Shown: positions 1 through 12,240 of the stretch, in pieces
Layout of the letters: each line of letters begins with the position of its first letter
Position numbering within the stretch: position 1 is the first letter of the stretch
NCBI GenBank assembly: GCA_910592345.1
Contig: CAJVPI010000058.1
Coordinates: forward strand, 1 to 63,852
Length of the DNA stretch: 63,852 bases
Origin: Paraglomus brasilianum
Lineage: Eukaryota
Direction: 5' to 3'
Program-made: the position numbers and the translations under genes
Notes under the pieces: generated by a model
The model's input: only the letters and a program-made list of their open reading frames with translations
What the model was told of the DNA's origin: nothing
Databases searched by the model: none

Positions 1-3000
1 CGGAGAAAGGTTGCTACGAGGAGAAGGATTCGGTGAACAAACAGAAAAATATGACAAATCTTCACAGGCACGTACTTGATCTATGTTACCAGTATCATTT
101 TACTTCATAATAGGTTTGCTTATTTATAACTATACAGGTTTTTGACTAAACTGACGAATCATCAATTCTGCCTGATGAGCGACAAAGACTTGGAAAACTT
201 TTTATGGAAACTTCCTCAAACCCGTCACAGTGGAACAACAACACGTAGTAACAGAAGCTTTAATTTGAAAGTGACAAAGAACCAGGAACAAAAAAGAAGC
301 GTTGAGATTAGTGATGGATTTGATGTAAGAATATGCATACGTCGGTTATATTAGCGTATCTTGCTAACGCTAATGTACAATTGTTTTAGATAAAACTCAA
401 ACTTCCCAAACCCGACAACAATTCACCGACAGCTTATATTGTAGAATCAGTCTCGTCACAATCATTGGTCATTCAAACATACGTTCCCGCAACAGTTGTG
501 ATTAAGGAGGAGGTCAAAGAATTTTCCCATTCGCAATTTCAACATTTTTTACAGAAAGTATGCAAAGGGATGTATTCTTTGAAAGTGTCAAATCTAGGGA
601 TCACGGAATTGTGTTCTTTAGCTGAAAATAGTTTGCTGGATTGCGCCCACTTGGTGCCAATGAGGAATCGGACAGAGGCGATGAAGGAGAGGGAGAAAGA
701 ATTTGAAGCCTATAGAAACAGGATGGTTGAATGGGCCAAGTGGAAACTTGAGCAACATTACAGGTATAACATTATTATGTTTGGTTTAAGTAAACAAACA
801 GGTAATAACTACTTACGGACTCGTTTAGTAATTTTGAGGACGAACAACCAGAGAACGACTTACGTTTTATCGAAGATGATCCCGGTAAGAGTTTATTTTT
901 TGTATAGAGTGATTATCTTTCAATTTTGTTTTTGTTAAGTTATGTTTTACCGCTTTCCAAACATATAAAATATACGAAGACTGCAAAGAAAGTTATGATC
1001 TGCACAAATCCATATGCCAAGAAATTATCACAGAGATACAAAGCGTCGATAACGACCGTTGGAAGAAGCAGAAGACGAGATTTATTATTGCTAGCACATT
1101 GACAAGACTTTATTCTAAAAATCTGGTGGGTCACCCAGAAAAGGGTTCCCCATTCTTCCAAATTTTTCGGAGCAAGTCAAAGGATTTACAGAAAACCTTT
1201 TGCAGTCTTTATGATTTAAATAGTCACAACAATGACAAAGTGGATAGCGAGGAGATTAAGAACACAGCAACAGATGAGGTCGACTTTCATATCGATGCTG
1301 TTAGGGGCAATAACGACAATGTGTACCGCAGCTGGTGTAAAAATTACTTGGCGCGCGCTTGGCCAAGTATTGCAAAGCCAGACCAGAGCCATGTTAAGAT
1401 ATCAATCAAAGAGGCGGCTGCGGAAGATGCTGAGAATATAGCAGACATCGACATTATCAAAAAACTATATGGTGACATGGATGTGGCCGAGATGACAACT
1501 ATTCAGGAAGAGTTTTTAAATGCATACAAAAAATGGAAGGAAAATAAAAATAAAGGATGGTCAAAGTTTTTAAAAAAAAATACGAAGCTTGACTATTACA
1601 AGAGCAATAAATATAATAAAGAAGATAATGATGCTATAAGAAATGATTTAATTTCTAGGCTTGAGTCCATGTATTCAGAAGGGTATGTCTTTAATCGTCG
1701 CATTGCTTTATATAACTTCTGTTAATTCGCTTCTGTTTTTAGCGTTGAGGTGGTTATAACGAGATTAGGGAAGGGTAGTGGCCCTGGACCCTTAACGTAT
1801 ACGTTACAATATACCATTGAGGTTAATCAACCATCTTATAACAAACTCGCTATTCGTGAACTCAAGCTGGATATGATTGAACGTGGAAAAGTTGGGCAAG
1901 ATCCAGACTTTTTGCCATCTTTGAAGCCCTGTCCTGACAAAATCCTTTGTATCAGTGACGAACTATACGATATCAGGCAAGTATCATTGTAGAATCTGTA
2001 CTGGTCTTATTCTTGGAAGTTTATATTAATTAATATGTTTTACTATTTAGGAATATCTCACAACTTGAAGATGGAAAATTTGTCTTAGTTTTAAAGGATA
2101 AAAGTAAAAGTGCAGCAGGGAAAGAAGCATATGTTATTTTTTATGATATGCTGGTAAATTTAGAGACTAACTTTGCACCCTCCTGTTCTCCTAAACCTAC
2201 GAAGTTCTTGTACTTGACTGAGGATACATTAATTGCAATCAATGATTCACAAGGTCTTATGGCAACTTATTGTAATACAAAACACAAGGTGAGTATCTTT
2301 TCAAAGCTATATTCTTTTTCACGCACAATTTACTTACGTAATTGCTATGACAGCTTGACACATATAGTTTTGACAAGAAAGCCAAAAAGGTTGATGTTGA
2401 TTACCGCAATATTGTTGAGCCATTTATGTCATTATCTTCGGTGAAGCATTTTTTATGGATCAACAATACACGGACGCTTTTCTTCGTTGAGGAAAATGGG
2501 AATTCATATACGTGGGAAATGGGAACTAATTATCTAAGAACCTTTGCAAAGATTCCGATGAACGCTCAGCGTGTTCTCAGTTCGCCTGATGGGGCTTGTA
2601 TATTTGCGCTTTTCGCGAAAACAAATGAAAGAGTAGATCATCTTTCTGACACCAGCGTTGATAGCCATATAAGCGGTACTACTGAGCAGTTAAATGATGA
2701 GAGAGTTCTCTCTCCAGGATCAAACGGAGGACAAGACGCGGACCACGTCTATTTAGAAAATCCACTGTCAATGGATATGGACACAGTGGAAAATTTGGTC
2801 CATGCTCACGTATTTTATCTGGATAAAAACGAGCAAAGCAATTCTTTGATAAAGACCATTACTTTCCCTCGACACATGTTACCGTATTGTCAATTTACAT
2901 CCATTGAGAATATTCAACACCACCTGGTTTCTCTTGATCTTGAAAATAGCCGATTGATGTCAAGAAAAGTCTGCATCACTGGCGAAAAGAATAAATTCCA

Positions 3001-6000
3001 AATTAGGAGAAACATTAATGATGTAATTGACGGAAAGGTTAAGATGGATAACTCAACTACCGTGCTTGGAAAATGTACCAAATTTACTAAACAGGTTCAG
3101 GTTGGGCAATATATTGTCATAAAAAGTGAAAAGAAACCCGTCCTGAATATCCTCTCCGATACTGTGCTGGAGGTTGGCGATGGTGGTTTCCAATCACTAA
3201 TAGGAATTAAAACGTGGAACAGCTATACGGTAGAGGAAAAGCCGACAACCAACGGGTACCTGGATGTCTACTCGCAGCTGTTTACAAAGTATCCTATACT
3301 GCCTTGTATAAATAATGGCTTTGTACCTATGGAACTCACTATTGTGATAGACACTCTGGAAACCGCAGAGACGAATTTGGAAACACTAAGGAACAGATTC
3401 AATGATTATATGAAATCTCAATTCCAGAGACTTTTTGAAGTGACAAAGAAAGATACGGGCCCATTGGAAAATTTTAGTGTACACGTTGCAAGATATGATG
3501 ATGGTTTTTTCACAAATATTTTAGAGAGGGGCGCATCACGTTATCGAGCGGACGAGTAAGTTTGCTCATGTTCTTTTTTCGCATTATTTTCTATACCTAC
3601 TGATTTTTCCATTTGATAATAGATGGGTTATCCAGTTATGTATGCTTATACCAATACAACTGGCAGTGGCTAAAGACGATCAGTTTGTCATTCTTCGTAA
3701 CGGCTTACAATCTCAGAAAACTATCCAAATTGAAGATGGTAGAAATGCGGAAGAAGTTAGTCAGTCAATCTCATTCGATTGGTATGAGGCAATCTTCAAA
3801 TATCTTGGCAATAAAACTGTGAAAGTAGTATCTAGCATGGGTGAACAATCCTGCGGGAAGTCGTACCTTCTTAATCATTTCCTTGGCACAAGTTTTGATG
3901 GATCTGCCATGGTAAGGAAGCTATTGGAGAATTCAGAATCAGTGTAATACATCAAACTCAAAAGCATGTCTTTTCCCCAGCGTTGTACGGAGGGTGTATG
4001 GATGTCTTTAGGTAAGGTTTATTCTCGATATTTTAGGTCAGAGTGACGTCACCTAATATGAAAACCTTTACAAAAGCTTATGTAGAAGATAAGGTCTATG
4101 TAGCACTTGATTTTGAAGGTAATGAGATTTTTTATAAGTTTAGTGGGTTTAATTTGATTATAAAAAGTACTTATATTCTTTATTTGCTTCTAGGACTTAA
4201 TTCTGTCGAAAGATCTGCTCAAGACGATCTCCATTTAACTCTCTTAAACGCGAGGTAGGTTTCAAGCTGGAAATTTTTCAAATGGATGTTTTTCTTGATG
4301 CCGTTTTTACTTCTCTCGTATTATGCCTCTCCAGCATATCGACAATGATTTTGTTCAAGAATCAATTTACTATAAATCGGGATATGTCGGAAATGTTCAA
4401 GAGATTTCAAGTAGGAAGACGTTATTTTGGCGATAAAGAAGAAGAAAGCAAGATTTTTCAGGTGAGTCTTCAGACAACGAATTGGTTGACGCTTGGCAAA
4501 ATGGCTGACGTGAATATCATTTACAGGCATTATTTTGCATGATTATTAAAGATGTCCCAGAAGCCGACGCTGAATTAATCCAGCATGAGTTTTACCAGAA
4601 GCTCAAGGACATTGTACAGACCGTATGTATAGCAAATAATTAAAATATAATTATGATGCGAAACTCTTAATATTTAACAGAGACTGTATGATATGCTTTA
4701 TAGGAAAACGAGAATAACTTTATATCCAGATTGTATGGTGAAGAAATGAGTATCATACCTTGGCCTGTGTTTAATGATCCGGGTGAGTTTAGAATTGACG
4801 ATCTTTTTCTGTCAAACGTGCGTTTTGTTAATGAGTTATTGCAAAATGTTAGAATTTTATGTAACATTTGACGAGCTTAAAGAAAAATTGGATAATGAAG
4901 CACCGAATAAATATGCCAATGCACTTGATTTTCTGACCAAGCTCAAGTTCATTATGGCAAAGTTAACGGTAAGACTGACATATGCTCACCAAATAATTCT
5001 TCTAATAACTAATATACAATTTAATACAGATAAGTGACTGGACATCCCTGTACGAAAGTATATTACGAAGCGAAGTTAAGAAATTTAAAAAGCTAGTGCC
5101 GCTAGTTGTGGCTTACGGTCATGAATTTATTGAATCCGCTTCACAAATTGGAAACAATAATTATGATGAAAATAAACTCGACTCTCAAACTGTTGTACAA
5201 TATCTTGTTGTAAGTTATGCTCACTGCAGTATTGTTTCTGCTTTTTTGGCAGCAACACTGCTAACAAATTTAATCTCTGTTGGTAGGATCATAATACTGG
5301 AGCGTTTATCGACGATTATGAAATACCAATGTTAGGAATTCGCCCTATACTTTTACCGGATACCAATATGGTCTTAGTAAATAAGACTGAAGTGGATTCG
5401 GTTGAGCAATCCAGTAATTTTTTGGCATTTTTCGAAAATCAGTTTGGAAAGCGTTCGTCTGTCAAAGATGACTCTAAATGGCTGAATGATTATAGACAAT
5501 TTATTAGTGAAATTATAAATAGACGTTGTGATCGTGCTGAAAAATGGCTTAATGCGAACCTTCAACTATATCAACAGGATCATCAAGAAGTTGTACAAAC
5601 CAAGCAAGAACTCGAAAAAGAACTCATTCAGCTCAAACAATATTGGACTTTATGTGAGAAAGCTTGTAACAACAATGGATGTACTTTACCATGTTTAAAG
5701 AACAAACATCAAGATTCAGAACATAACTGTATGACAGATCATAAATGCCACTCATCTTGCGATTTTAGTCATGCTGAAGATCATGAACTACCATCATGTC
5801 ATCATCCCGCTGGACATGCGGGAAAACACACTTGTGAATCAAACCATACATGCACTCATAAGTGCAAGTACAGTGTGAAGAAGGGTTGTCTTAAGAGATG
5901 CGCATGGGAAGAAAGCCATGAAGGAGATCATCTGTGTCAAGCGAAGGAACATTACTGCGGTGAACAATGCTCTTTATCAGATTTAGATTTATGTACGGGA

Positions 6001-8304
6001 CTTTGTGTGACACCTTGTGAAGAAGACCATGAACGGCATAAATGCGAGTCTCGAGGTTGTCCCATTGTCTGTTGCATTGGCGGATGTAAAAGACTGTGTC
6101 AGGGTCTAGATCATCTTCATGCTCTTGAGGCAGGTTCGCGGGAAGATCATATGTGTGGGTAAGTCACAAAGATAGCTACTTGATTCATATGCATAGTGTG
6201 TGAAAGCTAATATAATACTGCCATTTACTAGGCACGCGCACCCATGTAATAATAAATGCGAGAAGAGAGGAATCTGTAAGGTCGACACCACAAGACAACC
6301 GAAAACCTACACGAATAGTTATGGAGAGTTTTCTTACGAAGAGGTAAGATCTTTGCAATTAGTGGCATTTGACGGTCTGATTAACTGATTCTGATGACAA
6401 TATTTATCAAGCGCTCACAACAAGAAAGGAGACTCGATTGTGAGCTTATAATTCCGCCAAACAAATTGCGCCATGATGGTCCTCACGAATGTAAAGATAC
6501 TCATAGATGTGAGAAACGATGTCCATACTGCGAATATTATGTAAGTTTGCTGATTATTAAGAATCTAAGGTACTTTTGGATACCTAATAATACTAATATG
6601 ATGTTGTGCCTTTAGTGTGATATGAAATATGGTCACCAGGGGCTACATGAAACTGCCCACGGAAGCATGAAGCCAATGGTTTGGGTAGGAATGACCAAAA
6701 CTATTGATTATAAAAAACACACATTCAAAAGTGGGGATTCAGGGAGTGCTGTCTACTGCAACATGGTAAGTATAATGTGATCGCAAAAAAAACGTGGAAT
6801 TTAAGTAGATATTAACTATTTACTTGTGCAAAGCTGTGCAAAGATGCCGATCGTCATCTTCATTTCGATTATTGTCCTGACGAAATGATATGTAAAGAAA
6901 AGTCAGAATCAAATAAGCGGAAGGATCAAATTGAGCACATTAATGGTACTTACATGGTTTTTTTTTTTATTTTTGCAATTTGGGTTGTTTTTATTTTCTG
7001 ATCTATAACTGTGTTTTCAGATGAAATTGAACCATATCCAGAAAGGGCCAAAGATTATATCTCACATCGTCTATACTGGAGTCGTTCTGGTTTCAGAGGT
7101 AGGGTTCAGCTCATAGTGATCATATGTTTAGCATTGGTACCAACTTCAATATTTTGTAGATCCTTATGAATCACCCGACGAACAAAAACGCTTCACAAGT
7201 TGTGTGCATCTTTGTGGCAGCGAGACACATACTGACAAAGATAAAAGCTTCTGCACATTGCCAATATTTCACGAACTTGTTGATCCTAAAACACGAGTGG
7301 CAAATGGTCGTGTCTCTAAGGACGGTCATCAATTTGCGTGTTCACATAATATCTCATTTCATGTTATCTTTGTTATCGATAAATCCGGGTCGATGTCTTC
7401 CACCGATGTAAAGCCCGACGACAAAACCGGATCTTACAAAATTATACAAACCCATGATAATCGACTTGGTGCTGTATATGAATGCGTGAAGCAATTTGTC
7501 AGGACACGATGTGGAGTAAACAGGACGAATCAGATTGAAGACGATATAATGTCCATTGTACTATTTGACAATGACCCGACTATAGTCGTTGAAAATCGAG
7601 CGTTTGACTATGATGATAGTGATGATAGTTTAATTGACGAACTTTGTAAATATGAGACCGGTAGTGGTACTAATTTCGCCAAAGCTATTAGTACGGCTGG
7701 GAATCTTATTCAAAAATACAAACAACAAGCCAGGTGGGAATGATTTAGCAGGTTAGAGTGTATGTTTCGATATGACTGACATGTTATCCTTTTTAGAGTG
7801 AGTCTGGTCATATTTCTGTCCGATGGTGTTTGTAGCGTGCCAAAGAAAGAACTCGAAGAGATTTGCAGCCGAGGCCAAGCGGAGCAGTAAGTAGATTTTT
7901 AACGGTAGTATTCTTCGCTGTTTTCTATTGTCTATATATCGGCTCACCATATATCGCTTCTATTACAACCAGGTCTCCTGTTTACCTGTATACAGTAATT
8001 TTTGCCGGTTCGTCCGTTCTACTATTATTTTTGTCACCAAAATGAATCTTTGATTTTGTGGTTCTTATTTATTAGTATTACTGTAGGCGATGGAGCGTGG
8101 CAACGAATATCGAGTTTTTTGGTTGCAGGCAGCACCGGATCACTCCAAGAGATGGTGAATATTGCATCTAAATACGCTCCGAAGACAGCCGAAGGGCTCC
8201 AGTGTGAATTTGTCTCAGTGCCATCTACACTCGCATTGAAAGATCATTTTGTGGATATTGCGCAGAGTATAAGAAAACATCAGCTGTCGCTTATCACGGG
8301 GTAA
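1..8304 (+). CDS. Giant multi-exon protein, paralog 1 (5' end outside window): N-terminal region, beta-rich region, VLIG/GVIN-like P-loop GTPase, Cys/His-rich (NF-X1-like) zinc-finger array, C-terminal VWA domain
   Basis: The exon junctions I checked splice in frame via short introns. GTPase motifs: G1 GEQSCGKS (ORF 3642), G2 RCTEGVW (31-nt exon 3981-4011), G3 DFEG (~4109-4120, split by an intron), G4-like IIKD (~4543-4554). Dense CxxxC/HxGxHxC repeats at 5650-7350. VWA MIDAS motif DKSGS (~7378), GTNF and FLSDG. Stop TAA at 8302-8304. Collinear with 15460-23156. Confidence 0.88.
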
Positions 8305-9070
8305 AGGGGCGAATAATTTCACATTTGGATTCTATTATTGAGATAGAATTCACTGTTTTACTTCCGTGTTCAATTCTACAATAACAAGGCAGATTACACT
8401 GGTCAAATTTACTAGTGAAGTTAAATATAAATTCCTCTGTATTGGATATATTGATGAAGCTATATACTATTATATTTGATAAACTGAAGTTTGCGCAACT
8501 ATAACAATTTTAGTTATGCATTATCTTATTAATAAAGTCTTCGCTAGTTTTCTGAATGGAGTTGTCAAATGCTCAATCTAAAACCAAAAATCCAGAACAG
8601 CAAAAAAAGACCTAGTATAAAAAAAAAAGAAAGAAAAGAAATAACCCTTCTCTTACCAACAAAGATCTTCGTTGCGGAGAGTCAACAGTGAGTGAAATAT
8701 TGGCGAATAAAGAACAGTGGCTCAATATTCATTAGCTGAACAATCTTGAATTACGTTTATAATAAATACTCTCTTTATATTTGTATATTATAAATGTAAT
8801 TATATAGACTTAATTAATATATAATCCTGTATATAATGAAGAAAAGTGTTTGCACCGCCTCCTTCGTTATATCTGGTTTCATATTTATTTCGAAGTTCGG
8901 GGGAAGCATCCATGATTCGGTATAATAATTACGGGAAATTCGGCATATAGCTAGATATTTATATAACAAAGTTAGACCTAAGGCCCAGCAATTGTATATT
9001 CGTTATAGTGAGACTCTTGTGAATAATGTTTTGATAAAACAATTGCACAAATTAAATACGTAAAATGAAT

Positions 9071-10345
9071 CTATTCGGACTTTTGATGCCGTTGTTCGCT
9101 TCTGATATTCATACAAACGGGACGGGTTATTTTATCTAACAAACTGATATGGGCATCATAGTATCTCAAATTCATTATCTGAATCGAATAAAAATCTTGC
9201 TTCTTTAATAACTCATCACGTCTTTTAGACTTAATCCCACCATTCTTTTTCTGAACGCTCTCACTCATCTGTTCAAGGTGAGTTTCTATCTTTGAAATAA
9301 TTTTTGCTTTGGTCCTAAGTTCCGCATGTTTGTAGTCTATATTACCTATTTCTATGTCTATTGGCATAGTGTCTTGGGTGCAATTTCGGTATTGGCCTAA
9401 TAAAGAAGCTGGTTATTATTGTGGAAATTTCAATAATATATTCCTATCGAGCTTTATTCGCTAAATAAAAGATTATCAACTGTACACTCAATTAGTATTC
9501 ACCTCTAAGCTTTTATAGTCAGTTCTTCCATCCTTTCTCAAGCGGACTCGAAATCTTTGACATTCCGTGGTTATTATATCGAATACACGTAAATCGTTCC
9601 GCAATTTTCCAGTGGCGCGTTTGTGGAACGGGTGGTATCAAATATTATTTGTTCTTCCAAAACAGCGTCTAACCCTTGATGTTGGCTAAAAAGTCCTGAT
9701 CGAGAAGACTATTGTTGCTTTCTATCAAACGGTATATTTGATGACGTCACCCTGACCATACTGGTGAAAAAACCCTTCGTGCAGCTGTTCGTAGTTAATT
9801 ACAACTTGCAGATATCTGAATAAATAACTGATTAATGATATATAAGCACATTCCCTTACAAAATAATTGACATTATCTGTTCAAGTTTTATTTGGTGAAG
9901 CAAATCGGCTTATTCCTTTACCCAAGCAAATATCCTTCTACTGATGGACTAGAATAACTCTTTACACATGGCATAAGCGAGATGATTATCCGTTTTATAT
10001 CCCTAGCATATTGCAAATTGATTGAGATTGATATCCCTTTTAAAAAATGCAACTATAATAGTGAATTTGACATCTTACCAAATGCCCGAAGCATATTCAT
10101 TTCTTCGTGCAATGAGAATCAATCACGGATATTTCCTCTTTTATTTTGCTTGCACAATGATATTAATATGGCATGCAATAACACGTTACGTTTGCGTACT
10201 CCATCTTTGACTCCTGATATTTTCTCGATATGATACAGGACTTTTTCAATATTCATGGTTGAATTAGGATTAAGGTCGAGAAGTTTTGTGAGGACTAAAG
10301 TTAATGATGACGTATATTCCTCCCAAATTTCTGCGATTCATCATG
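9071..10345 (-). pseudogene. Probable degenerate intron-containing gene remnant, family unknown
   Basis: The minus strand reads as protein-like stretches (EIWEEYTSSLTLVLTKLLDLNPNSTMNIEKVLYHIEK; GYKTDNHLAYAMCKRVILVHQ*; final ORF 9071-9367). These are separated by GT..AG-like introns and interrupted by stops. Confidence 0.35.
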
Positions 10346-10627
10346 CTCCTTGATAGTCACATAAATATTCACATAATATTTCTTTCTAATAATAAACGAG
10401 TAGCTCTTTATACTTTATTCGTTCTCTCGATATAGTTGTGCGTGTGTCATTGCGATGGTTATTCGCTTAAGTGGAGATGCATTTTAACTCGAGGACGAAT
10501 AACCGTCTAGGATAGCTAAATCTCAAAGATCAGCGATCGATTCCCGCGATTGTTGACTCGACAGTCCCTCGTCGACGCATTTATAAATAGTCAATTGGTC
10601 CCGATTTGCTTTTCTCTAAATTGAAAC

Positions 10628-11450
10628 ATGACATTTTCGGGAACTCTGCCAATGTAGGTAGACACGTTCTAAAAACATTGCTTTTCCTGGCACTGTTTGT
10701 TGCAACGATCATCCGATCTATAAGGAAATCAATTTTCTAGTCTTCTTCGTTCAATAAATATAAATTACAGATAAACTCTTCCGACGTAATATCGAAAAAG
10801 AGATTTGTATTGTGACTTGTTAAGAGAACTGGAGTGTCGAACTCATATTAAAAACAACGAAACTAGTAACAGTGTGAAAAAACTACTGTGTTGTATCCGC
10901 GATCGAGATAATTTTTCTGTCCTCTTTGTTCGTTGTCGAAAGCCCACAATACATTGTATAACAAAAAAAACTGGATGTGATCCAAAACATACGAAGGAGT
11001 TCTTACGGGGTAATGCTCCAAGACAATGTAGAAAATCTATGACAAAAAATCTCGATAAATTTATGACGGAGCCGTGAAAACACATTCCTGAAAACACATA
11101 ATTGGTTTGGCGAAAGTCAATACGCCAACGTCGTGAACCTATTATTATAATGGAAACAATTGAAAGCGAGTTTCTTATTAATTTAAAAAGTCTTAATATC
11201 AAGGCAAAATTATTTGCTACACTGGCTATAATGGTTTCACAAACAGAGCGAGATTTCGAGTTCAGGTATAAAATCATGATAAGACGTCTAGTTGCCATAC
11301 TTGGGATTTTACGCATAAAAAATTGGTTACCCTATGATGGCGGCTTTCTCAACTAAATCAACAGATATCCCCGTCGATATGGTTGGTTGTGACTATTTTA
11401 TCTTGCTTTGGGTATATGAATCCGCCATACCAGAACATTCCTTAATTTAC
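10628..11450 (+). pseudogene. Possible decayed gene for a small secreted/membrane Cys-containing protein
   Basis: TATAAATA at ~10582 precedes ATG 10628. A hydrophobic stretch VLKTLLFLALFVATII follows. Frameshifted protein-like segments include IICYTGYNGFTNRARFRVQ, SCHTWDFTHK, NWLPYDGGFLN and TDIPVDMVGCDYF. Confidence 0.3.
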
Positions 11451-11839
11451 TAGCAGTAAACATAATGTGAACTTTCGATTGGTTATTGTAACGAAAGTGG
11501 TGTTTGCACACATAAAAATCCATGATGTAGTTTAGCCTATAATAATAAATTTCAACGCCGAAGAGTATAAATAAGAGCCAATCATATTCAAGATAATTCT
11601 AGCCCATTTTGGCAAAATCCCTGACTGTAATTTATTTCTATATCATGACCAAATCGACAATTCTAATTTTAATCGCGTGTAGCAATTTTACTATTAAACT
11701 TCTCACAACGAGGTTCTTTTGACTATACTAACGTCTGACCGAAATGTCCGTTACCTAGATCAAATTTTAAGCCGATAAGCCTCAACAAATAAGCCAAAGG
11801 GTTGGAAATTTATTTAGCCAGAGCACTTTGAATAAACAG

Positions 11840-12240
11840 GTTCTCACAATCGCATTAGAAAGAAATCCTTTATTATTGTAAAGAACGTATTATTCTATTC
11901 TCCTCGTCAGCCAAACTGGCTTTGGTCGTGTCAGGAACGAAAATCATAGAGTGAGGAACAAAGACGCGATGAATCGCTTGTAAAAAACGTAAGCATTTGG
12001 TGTCGGTCAATACGTTGTTGGGTTATTTGTACACGAATGATGATATGAGAATGTTTATCAACAATCGGTCTGAACCGGGTGTTAATGCAGATATTCACAA
12101 AACGACGCCAAAGACGTTCTTATTACGAAATGAAGTTAGTTTGCTGACAAAGTAAATCTTCAAGGCCCAGTATTTCAAACTTGTGAGTGTTTGCTGAGCA
12201 TTTATTACATAATAGAACAGATTCGACAAAATACTGCCTA
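11840..12240. repeat. Non-coding segment homologous to 23838-24105 (remnant of the tandem duplication)
   Basis: Shared collinear blocks: tcgcattagRaaga (11850/23848), ttattgtaaagaa, gtgtcaggaacga, tcttcaagRcccagtatttcaaa (12157/24028), gacaaaatactgc. Confidence 0.8.

Noticed and set aside
3830..4200. Sey1/RHD3 or atlastin assignment for the GxQSxGKS GTPase
   Set aside because: The GTPase is internal to a ~2,000-aa protein, has an RCTEG G2 motif, and is followed by zinc fingers and VWA rather than a transmembrane hairpin.
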